A DNA stretch of 64,000 nt from Cyanobacteria bacterium P01_D01_bin.156 (GTDB taxonomy: Bacteria; Cyanobacteriota; Cyanobacteriia; Phormidesmidales; Phormidesmidaceae): positions 38,252-102,251 of the forward strand of contig JBCCQQ010000017.1 in assembly GCA_039024555.1 (NCBI GenBank). The letters run 5' to 3'. A program made the position numbers and the translations under genes. The notes under the pieces were generated by a model, which worked only from the letters and a program-made list of their open reading frames with translations, was not told the origin of the DNA and did not search any database. Below are positions 41,501-49,834 of this stretch, one piece after another (the first letter of the stretch is position 1; every line of letters starts with the position of its first letter).

Positions 41501-42099
41501 GGTGTCGCCACACCAAACAACGCAAAACTCAATCGTCGATATTGAGGGTTGTCTACCCGTTGATTGTAACAATAGCGAATTAATGTAAATAGATCGTCGG
41601 CAGGAAAAGGAAGAGCTAGAACACTGTCGATTTCATCAATAAAGATAACAATGCGGTCAGCTTCAATTTGTTTAAGTACCGCATCTTTCATAAACCTTTC
41701 TAGACGATGCACGGCGGATAGACTATCCACCTGTTGCCACCACTGTTGAAAGTTACCCTGCAGTTTTAGGCTACGCCATAGCTCTGCTGCAATTCCCATA
41801 TACCAAGTTTCAGCAGTCACATGGTCACTGCCCAAGTTAGTCAAATCAATCGCTGCACAGCATACTCCATCTTGCTGTAAGCGGTACTTTGTTCTTACCC
41901 GCAGGCTAGATTTACCAATCTGGCGAGTGTTGAACACATAGCAAAACTCTCCTTGCTCTAGACTACGGTATAGATAATCATCGGCCTGGCGTTTGATGTA
42001 TGTGGGGGCCTGAGCGTGGAGACTGCCGCCGACTTGATAGGAGTATAGGGTGATTGGGGACATGGGGCTATCGTCCGAGGGAGCAGAAAAAGTGGGCAC
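38527..42099 (-). CDS. AAA_35 NTPase - TM - WD40 repeat protein
   Basis: YQVGGSL..APTYIKRQAD, NTRQIGKSS, IFIDEID, TPFNIG; one TM; ~14 GH...WD/W repeats; start may be ATG 42063. Confidence 0.9.
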   Translation of the reverse strand: MPTFSAPSDDSPMSPITLYSYQVGGSLHAQAPTYIKRQADDYLYRSLEQGEFCYVFNTRQIGKSSLRVRTKYRLQQDGVCCAAIDLTNLGSDHVTAETWYMGIAAELWRSLKLQGNFQQWWQQVDSLSAVHRLERFMKDAVLKQIEADRIVIFIDEIDSVLALPFPADDLFTLIRYCYNQRVDNPQYRRLSFALFGVATPTDLCHNPNRTPFNIGTAIELGGFTLDEAMPLTEGLSTKISNPVETLDYILTWTNGQPFLTQKLCQLVVNKLSSRTNVYVEQLWVDGLVRSQLVKNWEAQDEPPHLRIIQDRLLARPQLISRLLGSYKKLLSGNSLTLEDNHLKEELLLSGLIIKQAGQLTIRNQLYRKVFNDAWIDYHLDRLRPYSQTFEAWIQSGQQDRSRLLRGQSLVEAQAWAKGQQLSDLDYKFLSDSEAVDRQEVQQALESERLKELEAKLQAQQRNVTLQRFLLVGMGIAFLSITSVAMLAYRQSRQTMLTRQDNQNNQALSASYRADALFNQNNRLKSLLEAVRSGQQLQRLPRPQPLVKQEVEKTLRKIMQGISEANQLRGHRAPVYGVTFSPDGEYLASASWDNTIKLWHADGQLITTLSGHTNAVWDVSFSPDREYLVSVSADATAKVWPISYENDLPTSVAPPITLQGHRGRVNSVDIALDSQTFVTGGDDGTLKLWDRTGELLLDVPAHDASVTQTLISPDGLTLVTASEDQTIRLWDATSGELLNELRGHQAGIYGLAFTPSGRLLASGSDDKTIKLWSIEEYLSDQSTATEQPLQPMTLEGHQDRVWNLRFSSDGRRLASTSWDNTVKLWTSSGTLVTTLQGHDAGTWSVDFNPTGDLLASSSDDATVRLWRLDKINTTLDGYDGPVTGLAIHQRTLAAGSWDNTIRLWDWQGTLESVLRGHTDRVRQVAFSPNGRTLASASADQTVKLWRPNGTLLNTLKGHQDRVWGVAFSPEGQEIASASWDGTVKLWNRQGNLLHTLTGHRNRVYGIAYSPDGQYLVSAGWDHTIKVWGRDRGLLKSIHGHRSPIWAVAVSPDSQLIASASADHTVRLWSIEGKPVAVLNGHRARVHSVTFSPDGQLLASTSYDRTVRIWRQDGTLVTTLYGHNGFTWDVAFSPDGQTVVSSGHDRQVILWNWQDNRNFEQLLEDGCRWLDNYLANGDNLSDTDRQLCSGGI

Positions 42100-42135
42100 A
42101 GGAAGTGTAACAGTGGCACAGACAATGAATGCACC

Positions 42136-43083
42136 CTATTCGAGCACCAGCTTAGCAATGGGGGGTGTCGCCTTTTGTTTCCGAAAACTGACTGCCTGCT
42201 GTAATAGTTGCCAGGCACTTGGAAAGAAGATAGCCGGTAAGCTAAAGCGAATGGCATTGGCCAAGCGTTTCTGTTTGAGGGCGACTATCATCCAATGGAG
42301 ACTTAAGTACTGACGGATGGTTTGAAGAGTGGGTAGCTTGTCCTGATGTTTGGGGCTAACGTGTTGGTAGATACGTTCCTTGATCAGAATATTGGTATCT
42401 AGACGAGTGCGCAGGTTGATTTTTTGGTCGTAGCCACCGGGCCAAACTGTCCGGTAGGTGAGGCACTGATTAACAAATAAGGCATCTCCATGGTCGGCCA
42501 CCCGAATCCAGGAATCAATGTCATCAAAGCCCGTCATGGTCAGATCCCATCCTCCGGATTTGATAAAGGCATGCCGCTGCACGGCTACCTGGATTGGTGT
42601 ACCAAAGGGAACTACTTCCAGGAACATACCGTAGTGAATATCTACCTGGGGAATATAAAACATCTGCCCTGGCCCAGTAGGGGGAGTACGGCTTAATTCC
42701 TGACCGTTGGTGTCCACCTGGGCTGCCTGACAGGAGCAGATTACGGCTTCGGGCCGCTGTTGAATAGCCTGGATCAGGGTTTCAATGCAGTTGGGGGCTA
42801 GGTAGTCGTCATCGTCTACGAGCTTAACCCAGTCCCCTGTGGACCGTTCTACTCCCGCATTGACGGCTCCTGAGTGATTGGTATTGATGTGATTGCGGTG
42901 GTATGTAACTCGGTCCCCTAGGCTCTCTAAATAGTCCTGGGTGCCATCGGTGGATGCATTGTCTACCACGATGACTTCGCATGGAACGGTTTGGGCCAGG
43001 GAGGTTGCGATCGCACGCTTTAAAAGCTCCACCCGGTTGTAGGTGGTGATAACAATACTGAATGATACGGTGTCTGCTGCCAT
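42136..43083 (-). CDS. Glycosyltransferase family 2
   Basis: SIVITTYNR, VVDNASTD, VDDDD, DDIDSW; likely ATG 43083 (ORF to 43098). Confidence 0.9.
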   Translation of the reverse strand: MAADTVSFSIVITTYNRVELLKRAIATSLAQTVPCEVIVVDNASTDGTQDYLESLGDRVTYHRNHINTNHSGAVNAGVERSTGDWVKLVDDDDYLAPNCIETLIQAIQQRPEAVICSCQAAQVDTNGQELSRTPPTGPGQMFYIPQVDIHYGMFLEVVPFGTPIQVAVQRHAFIKSGGWDLTMTGFDDIDSWIRVADHGDALFVNQCLTYRTVWPGGYDQKINLRTRLDTNILIKERIYQHVSPKHQDKLPTLQTIRQYLSLHWMIVALKQKRLANAIRFSLPAIFFPSAWQLLQQAVSFRKQKATPPIAKLVLE

Positions 43084-43349
43084 GGCACCATGCCTCATAA
43101 GTGCTACACGCTATTGTGCCAAATTCAAGCCTGGGACTGACAAATATGTGTCTTTTTTTGATAGATACAGGAGGGCATTGCCATTGTGTAGGTGGCAAAT
43201 AGGTTAGGGGGGTGTTCTTCTAGGCAGTTGATTCCATGGTCCACAGGTTCCTATTTTGGTTCTGATTATTTGCCCTTACAAGTGACCTTAGCAATAAGCC
43301 TTTCGTAGGCTATGCCCATTACAAATGCATCTGTGATTTTCCAAAATTG

Positions 43350-43380
43350 TCCTGAACCTGAACGGCAATTTCGTAGATAT
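43350..43380 (+). promoter_or_regulatory. DIF1-like promoter of sRNA copy 1
   Basis: TCCTGA (43350) N16 CGTAGATAT; 35 nt before GGTAGATGCACCC. Confidence 0.65.
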
Positions 43381-43383
43381 GGG

Positions 43384-43444
43384 TGGTAGATGCACCCTGA
43401 TGATTTCCTTAGCCCTTCGGGGCTAGGGAATTTTTTTGTCTTTT
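43384..43444 (+). ncRNA. nsiR1: NsiR1-like small RNA, copy 1
   Basis: TGGTAGATGCACCCTGA 5' end matches the NsiR1 5' sequence as I recall it; TTCCTTAGCCC-TTCG-GGGCTAGGGAA-T7 terminator; 61 bp identical to copy 2. Confidence 0.7.
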
Positions 43445-43476
43445 TTTAATGCGGTACATCAGACTTCTTAAAACTA

Positions 43477-43507
43477 TCCTGACCCCTTAGGGGGTGTTCG
43501 TAGATAT
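43477..43507 (+). promoter_or_regulatory. DIF1-like promoter of sRNA copy 2
   Basis: TCCTGA (43477) N16 CGTAGATAT; identical spacing to copy 1 although the spacer is largely unrelated. Confidence 0.65.
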
Positions 43508-43510
43508 AGA

Positions 43511-43571
43511 TGGTAGATGCACCCTGATGATTTCCTTAGCCCTTCGGGGCTAGGGAATTTTTTTGTCTTTT
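43511..43571 (+). ncRNA. nsiR1: NsiR1-like small RNA, copy 2
   Basis: Exact copy of 43384..43444 at 127-bp period, with own promoter and terminator. Confidence 0.7.
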
Positions 43572-43615
43572 ATGAGCTTTGTAAATAAACGGTTCATTCA
43601 CCACCAAGGTCGAGC

Positions 43616-44197
43616 TTATTGTTCATCAAACTCCACCGCTTCATAGAGATCCGTCAGCTTTATCTCCACACCGACAGATTCCAGCCGAAAGCTAGCTTCT
43701 AAACCCCGATACTTGGTCAGTAACCACTGGTCTGCTGACTGTTTGGCATAATGATCCACCTGGGGTTGATACTGGTCAATCAGCACATATTCCTCAAAGC
43801 TCTCCATCGTACGATAGGCTTCAAATTTGTCACCTCGATCATAGTTCTGAGTAGATTTTGAGAGCGTTTTCGCAATCAAAACAGGGTTCATTACCGTATC
43901 CTTGCGACCGGGTTGTAGCTCCAGTGGTTTAGGGACAACCATCACATCTGGATAGGTGTAAAGTTTCACCGCTGGTATCCACAGTCGTTGATCGGTTACA
44001 AAGATGCTGTACGGCTGTTTACGTAAACTTGCCTTGAGCAAAAAAATGAACATGCCTGTAATTTCGTTATGCTCTGGCGTGCCCCCTGTCATTTCAACAA
44101 TTTTTCCATTCTGAAATTCATTGCGTGTATCCGCTTCGATTTCTAACGCCAGATATTCTTCAGCAGTGTAGGTTTTAGTCGTAGTTGCAACGGTCAT
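43616..44197 (-). CDS. Uma2/DUF820 family protein
   Basis: YTAEEYLALE, MTGGTPEH, YTYPDV, LSKST..YDRGDKF..YR, EYVLIDQ. Confidence 0.92.
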   Translation of the reverse strand: MTVATTTKTYTAEEYLALEIEADTRNEFQNGKIVEMTGGTPEHNEITGMFIFLLKASLRKQPYSIFVTDQRLWIPAVKLYTYPDVMVVPKPLELQPGRKDTVMNPVLIAKTLSKSTQNYDRGDKFEAYRTMESFEEYVLIDQYQPQVDHYAKQSADQWLLTKYRGLEASFRLESVGVEIKLTDLYEAVEFDEQ

Positions 44198-44311
44198 GAC
44201 TCAATCCCTCCTACATTAATCACCTGCTTTAGCATCGTCTATCCAAACTTAGTCTCGATCAAACAACTAAAATTCGCAAGAATGTTGTTTGCTGTATCAA
44301 TACAAAATCTC

Positions 44312-45439
44312 TTAATACAACTCATATTTCAAAAACTGACATGGAATGGACCCGTTGTATATCGGAATTTTTCTAGCAGTTCTGAGGCCAATGCATTTAG
44401 TCAGGGCTTTGTTCCCACTAAGAATATAGGCGGTCCAGCCCTTGAAGCGCTGTTTGAGAATATCCCCCATGAGTTTATAAAACGGTGCTAAATTCTCCGC
44501 CTGTCCCAGCCGTTCTCCATAGGGGGGATTGCAAATGAGAATGCCGCTGTCGCTGGGGGCTTCGATGTCGGCAAAGTCGGTATAGGTAAAGTCAATATAT
44601 TCACTTACGCCGCTGTTGCTAGCATTTGTTCTTGCCTGGGTGAGAACCTCTAGATCGCGATCGCACCCCGCTAATGCCCCATCAATGTCACTGCGCTGTT
44701 GTTCTTTGGCATCGGCTACCAGTGACTGCCAGAGACTCTCGCTGTAGTCTGGCCAGGTTTGAAAGCCAAATACCTGCTCACGAAACAGCCCTGGGGCAAT
44801 ATTTAGAGCCTGCAAACTGGCTTCGATAGGCAGGGTGCCCGACCCGCACATGGGGTCTAAAAATGTCACATCTCCCGACCAGTCAGTTAAGGTTACTAGA
44901 GCTGAGGCTAAAGATTCTTTAAGGGGGGCCGCCCCCATGGCGGGACGGTAGCCGCGTCGGTGCAGGCTGCTACCGGAACTATCCAAGCTAACGGTGGCTT
45001 GATGGTGATCAATGTGAACATTGACCTGCACGTCGGGCTTTTGGGTATCCACTGCGGAGCGATCGCCATGGCGATCCTGTTGTTGATCAACGATGGCATT
45101 TTTTATCTGGAGGGCGGTGAAGTGACTGTGGTTGAGACGCTGATTTTTACCCGTAGCTTTGACGGCAATGGAGTAGTCCGGTGAGAAATATACGTCCCAG
45201 TCGATGGTTTGAATACCGTGATAGAGGGAATCGCGATCGCGGCAGGCTACTTTCCCAACGGTGACCAAAATTCTAAACGGCAGTCTGGCCCAAAGGTTGA
45301 TTTTGTAGAGGTGGGTGCGATCGCAGCGAAAACTCACCCCACAAAATCCTGGTTCTACGCCTGCGGCCCCCAACTGTTCTAGCTCACCAGCCGCCAATTC
45401 TTCTAGGCCACGGGCTACGGTCGCAAAGCAGTTAAACAT
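44312..45439 (-). CDS. THUMP-domain class I SAM RNA methyltransferase (RlmL-like)
   Basis: SLHRRGYR...APLKESLA, DPMCGSGT, NPPYGER. Confidence 0.92.
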   Translation of the reverse strand: MFNCFATVARGLEELAAGELEQLGAAGVEPGFCGVSFRCDRTHLYKINLWARLPFRILVTVGKVACRDRDSLYHGIQTIDWDVYFSPDYSIAVKATGKNQRLNHSHFTALQIKNAIVDQQQDRHGDRSAVDTQKPDVQVNVHIDHHQATVSLDSSGSSLHRRGYRPAMGAAPLKESLASALVTLTDWSGDVTFLDPMCGSGTLPIEASLQALNIAPGLFREQVFGFQTWPDYSESLWQSLVADAKEQQRSDIDGALAGCDRDLEVLTQARTNASNSGVSEYIDFTYTDFADIEAPSDSGILICNPPYGERLGQAENLAPFYKLMGDILKQRFKGWTAYILSGNKALTKCIGLRTARKIPIYNGSIPCQFLKYELY

Positions 45440-45812
45440 AAAGGCATAAACTCTCGAAAAACCTTACGATCATGCCCCATATTTGTGCAGTTGCACACAG
45501 AAAACTAAACTTTTAGGGGGATGTAGCTATTTACTACTTAAGCTGTAAAAACAGCGCCACAATAGCCACAGTACCATTGCATAAGCTTGTCTTTAGGGAT
45601 GGTTTTGGAGCAAAGTCTATATTAGCAATTAGATCGGCCACATAATTATGAGGCAGTGGGACATCTCCACGTTGCATTGCTAAAAAAAAATCTGACCCAT
45701 CTTACCTAAGGCCTTTTCAATCCTTTCAAAAAATGGTGGCACATCAAGGGTAAGGATACGAATACGAGACTAAGTAGCAAAGGGGAAAAAGACAAATGTG
45801 TGTAATGCATCG

Positions 45813-46625
45813 TTAAGAGGTTAGTTGTGGCGGAAACCGAAATCGTTCTGCTTTATAGTTTCCAGCCTCAGCCCTAGTCTCAACTCCATCCATCACGACA
45901 TAGGCTAGATCGACTTCATAGTCGAACATCTATTCCTTCAATTTGTTGGTTCTGAGCCGATACCAGTCGGTTTTAATCGAATTCAACTCTGAACAGTATT
46001 TTGGGAGGAAGAAGAAATAAAGTCCTTGGGCTTTCCAGTTCGTCCATTTCGCCTTCACCTTTTTGCAGGTATGAACCGGTCCATTGTCTTGGACAACCAC
46101 CGGAATTCGTCCTGTCTTATCAAGTTGTTGTTTCGCTTGACGTGCTTGATCATCCATCATAATGATGTAGCGATCTCTATCGAAACTCCCGACGACCATA
46201 CCATAGACAAAACTAACCAACGGTTGGAGGAGACCCAAAGTATAATTCGTTTGCCTCTACGCTTGGTTTGTTAAAGACGCTTCTGTTCACCTCGAAAGAA
46301 ACAGCTGTATTCCACGGGCATCCATAGACAAACGCCAGACTCATCGAGATAATAGAGAAGGTCAATCTCTTCGAGTGTGGCTGACCATTGCAACATATCC
46401 AGGTCTGCAAGTTTGGTCGCTTTCTCAACTGGATCTAGTTTGCCACGGTGACTACGGTGAGCTCGCTTCCAAATTACCCCCTTTTTTGGAGAATTTGTCT
46501 GAGATGCTGGTACTCAACAGCACATTGCACTCAGTTTTCAACTTCTCAGCCAACTAGTGGCTGTTTTAAGTGCGCTGCTCATCACGTAAACAGGTTTCAA
46601 GATACTCCATATCCTCGGGCTGCCA
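45813..46625 (-). mobile_element. IS630-family transposase remnant (5'-truncated, stops and frameshifts)
   Basis: WQPEDMEYLETCL...T*NSH*LAEKL...KKGVIWKR...ADLDML...LDESG...VVVQDNGPVH...FLPKYCSELN...DLAYVVMDGVE..ERFRF. Confidence 0.85.
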
Positions 46626-47104
46626 ACGCGTCGATTGAAACCCTGTTTGGCATCTTTAAGAGAGTCAAGGGTTTTATCTTGGAGAGACTTGGATGAGAGA
46701 TGTAGAGTGGTTGAAGAAGCTCTTTGCCTTACTCACCATCGCCTTGTGCTGGTCCGTTAAACTTGGACGGTGGCTGAATGAGTCCAAACCCTTAACCATC
46801 AAGGCTAATGGTCGATTAGCCAAGAGCATTTTTCGAGTACATCTCAAATTTGCAATGAGTAAAAATGCTTAACAATACATTTCATAATCTTTCGCTATGC
46901 TGAAATCATTCAGGCTGTTCAGTTTCTTCTTATCCCCATGGATGTACCTAAACAATATGGAGGCACTCATGCCTGTCATAAAGTAAAAATGCACCCCATT
47001 TTCTGGTATGGCTTTAACCACCTCAGCCATATTTTACTAAATTTGATCAATCCAAGCAGCAGAAAGATTTTCAGTAAGTTATCATGCTTTTGTTCTGCGC
47101 ATAG
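46626..47104 (+). mobile_element. IS4-family transposase 3' remnant, interrupted by a MITE-like insert
   Basis: IETLFGIFK..GF.LE; LKKLFALLTIALCW..KLG.WL...KPL.IKANGRLAKSIF // FWYGFNHLSHILLNL. Confidence 0.75.
46835..46996. mobile_element. 162-bp MITE-like element
   Basis: Degenerate TIRs (GAGTACATCTCAAATTT vs reverse complement GGGTGCATTTTTACTTT, 11/17); flanks CATTTTTC / CATTTTCT look like an 8-bp TSD; removal rejoins the IS4 frame. Confidence 0.55.
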
Positions 47105-47134
47105 TAACCGATAGACAAATTTAACTCAAAGCCT

Positions 47135-47923
47135 TTAAGGTACAAATTTCTCATAAAGTGCCATAGCCTCTCGCCGTATGTTTGTTAGTGAATCTGTGTG
47201 AAACTGGCTCCGTAACAACTCTTTCTTCTGCTTTCGATTTTCAGATGGACGCGCAACAATTTGCTCCGGCACCTTGCCAGCCCCTGCTTTTCGATAAAAT
47301 TCATCAATAATATCAAAGCAGCGTTTGACGTTTTCTTCTGTATGGTCAAATTCAACGAACTGAGTACCAAATTTATCATTGACATCCCGTATTACTTTTC
47401 CGTAGTCGGATACGGTTGTATTAAATTCAGCTACCACCATATCATTTAGATAGGGAAGGACTCGTTTATAAAAACGAACATAGCCCTGTAACGCCTGAGG
47501 AATAGTTAAATGTGGTCGATGGATCACCCAAGATAGAACAGCATCTTCAGGATTACGAACTAGAACTACTGCTGGAATTTTTCGATGAATAGCCTCAATT
47601 AACTGAATTGGGGCGTGCAATCGGTAGGCCATTCTAATGGGCGCAGGCTGAGCGTACCGAAAGGCCACTGAGGCAAAGGTGTTACCAGAGCGAGGATAGC
47701 CCTCAATGACAACATCGGTCGTGCTACGAATAACACCCCAACGAATACCTTCAACTTCTGTATCAAGTGAATGCTTTTGCCTATAGCGACTGTATTCCCA
47801 ACGCTTTAATGGCAAATACGGAAAAGAACTTTGGGATAAAACTGTCCTGAAATCATAATGAAAGCGCTTAACTCTGTCTGAAACTGTTATAGATTCAGAG
47901 CTTCGTACAGTTATATGAGACAT
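47135..47923 (-). CDS. Putative PAPS-dependent sulfotransferase
   Basis: VVIEGYPRSGNTF (5'-PSB-like) and VLVRNPEDAVLSW (3'-PB-like) motifs. Confidence 0.7.
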   Translation of the reverse strand: MSHITVRSSESITVSDRVKRFHYDFRTVLSQSSFPYLPLKRWEYSRYRQKHSLDTEVEGIRWGVIRSTTDVVIEGYPRSGNTFASVAFRYAQPAPIRMAYRLHAPIQLIEAIHRKIPAVVLVRNPEDAVLSWVIHRPHLTIPQALQGYVRFYKRVLPYLNDMVVAEFNTTVSDYGKVIRDVNDKFGTQFVEFDHTEENVKRCFDIIDEFYRKAGAGKVPEQIVARPSENRKQKKELLRSQFHTDSLTNIRREAMALYEKFVP

Positions 47924-48395
47924 CTTTATACAGAAAAATACTGTTTAAGCGAACACAGATAAAAATTTAGTACGAATATATAGTTTCCTCAATTATACAC
48001 TAGGTTCAAGTTGATGGCCCTCTTAAACAGAATCGCTCACATCAGCGCATAAAAGACCTATTTATTCGTCATTCTGAAAGTTTAGAATAAAAGCATATGA
48101 AGATTTCTCATTGAAAAGATGGATACTGTAAGATTTTTCGTAAGTTAGTGGAACCTATCATCAATTATTAAATTAGAGTAGAAGCTATATACTTTCTAAG
48201 TAAGTCAACATCGCTAAGGACAGGTATGAGGTGATCTCAAAAATGATAAGAAGCTTTTGTAAAGATCGTTTTATCACCTATGCCAGCAATAGTACGAAGC
48301 TAAAACTCAAAAAAACTAATTTGCATTAGATAAAGCTGAAACCAATTACTATTTGTGCCTACCATAGACCAAAGCTTTCAATTTGGTTGTAAGCT

Positions 48396-49811
48396 ATGAC
48401 TTCAACAACAATTCTTTCTAAAGAATCTTCTAGAAAAGGGCTATTAATACAGTCTTCAACCATTGTGTTAATAGCATTTTTCACACTCTTTTTCTCACGC
48501 TGCTTAGATACTTTGGGTGCCCCTGCACCTATTAATTTTCTGCACTTCATCTCAGTTCCGTTTGCTTTATATGTTGTAGCAACCAAAAGCCGCTTTAAGA
48601 GCGTACAGCAAAACGAAACAGTACTCCTTTTAATAGTTGGAGTACTCGCTCTTGTAGCCATAATTACATTAAGTGCCTTATGGAACAGTGCAGGCATTAT
48701 TAATGCAATATTATCTTTCTTGCTACTAGGTGAGCCATTTTTAATGTTAATGGCCATTATGATGTTGCCAGTAGGTACAGAAGGACTACAAAGACTTACC
48801 CTTTGGTTACACCGTTCTGTATTTTTCCACCTTGGTTTAGCGATGGTACAGCAGTATGTATTCAAAATGCATACATGGACTGGACGTGGACTTATTCATG
48901 GTGATCATATTCAGGGGGTATTTTACAAATCTGGCGCAGGTCATGTAGTAGGCGCTTCAGTATCATTATCTTTTGGACTTTACTATTTCTTGAATGCGAA
49001 AAACAGTGCTCTGTGGCAAAGGTGTCTAGTTCTGGCGGTAGCGTTTTGGCATGTGCTACTGGCCGATGCCAAGCAGGTACTATTTTGTTTTATGGTTTCA
49101 GCTGTTTTATTACTAATAAGTAAATCAGCCAATGTAATACGGGCAATTCAGTACTTAGTTGTTGGTTCAATACTAGGGTCTATTTTTTGGTGGTGTATTC
49201 AAAACGTAGAAGCCTTTGAAGCTTACACCGTATGGATTCGACCTGAAATCTATGGACCAGAAGGTAATGCGACCATTGCAAAAACTATGGCTTTCAGAGT
49301 CCTACCAGATTACTTTAGTTCGCCCGTTAATTGGCTAGTAGGGCTTGGGCCAGGACATACCGTAGGCCGATTAGGGGGGTGGATGATTCATGAATATGAC
49401 AGTTTACTGTCACCATTAGGATCAACTATACAAGAGACAAACTTTGCGGTTTGGGTTGCTGTTGGAGCAAGTCGTAAAACATTACACTTAGTCCAATCTA
49501 GTAGTATGTTTTCCCCCCTATTTGGCTGGGCAGGGATTTGGGGCGATCTTGGTCTTCTCGGCTTGGCTACTTACTTAGGCTTGGGCTGCATAATTTGGAA
49601 GTTTATTTGCGTCAATGACTTGAGCAAATTTTTTCTTCTCAATGTTCTTGTTTTCGGTTTGATTTTTACTCAGATGGAGGAACCCGCTTACACCGTTACT
49701 ATAGGTATTTTAATTGGCTTACAGTGGCATCATAAGCAAGCTGAAAAGAAAGCAACAGCAAGCAATTTATACCCAAGTGAAGATAAAAAAACTACCACGT
49801 TAAAGCCATAA
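48396..49811 (+). CDS. Polytopic membrane protein, probable Wzy-like polymerase
   Basis: ~11 TM with large loops; DHIQGVF, WLVGLGPG; located among GT genes. Confidence 0.55.
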   Translation: MTSTTILSKESSRKGLLIQSSTIVLIAFFTLFFSRCLDTLGAPAPINFLHFISVPFALYVVATKSRFKSVQQNETVLLLIVGVLALVAIITLSALWNSAGIINAILSFLLLGEPFLMLMAIMMLPVGTEGLQRLTLWLHRSVFFHLGLAMVQQYVFKMHTWTGRGLIHGDHIQGVFYKSGAGHVVGASVSLSFGLYYFLNAKNSALWQRCLVLAVAFWHVLLADAKQVLFCFMVSAVLLLISKSANVIRAIQYLVVGSILGSIFWWCIQNVEAFEAYTVWIRPEIYGPEGNATIAKTMAFRVLPDYFSSPVNWLVGLGPGHTVGRLGGWMIHEYDSLLSPLGSTIQETNFAVWVAVGASRKTLHLVQSSSMFSPLFGWAGIWGDLGLLGLATYLGLGCIIWKFICVNDLSKFFLLNVLVFGLIFTQMEEPAYTVTIGILIGLQWHHKQAEKKATASNLYPSEDKKTTTLKP

Positions 49812-49834
49812 TACAGTAATTAGATTATCTATAC

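Noticed and set aside
43200..43320. Third degenerate sRNA copy
   Set aside because: Only TTAGGGGGGTGTTC and TTCGTAG fragments resemble the unit; no core sequence or terminator
43384..43571. CRISPR array or MITE-end reading of the 61-bp repeat
   Set aside because: Only two copies, too long for a CRISPR repeat, no cas genes. It shares GATGCACCC with the MITE-like TIR, but the copies are direct and each has a conserved promoter and terminator
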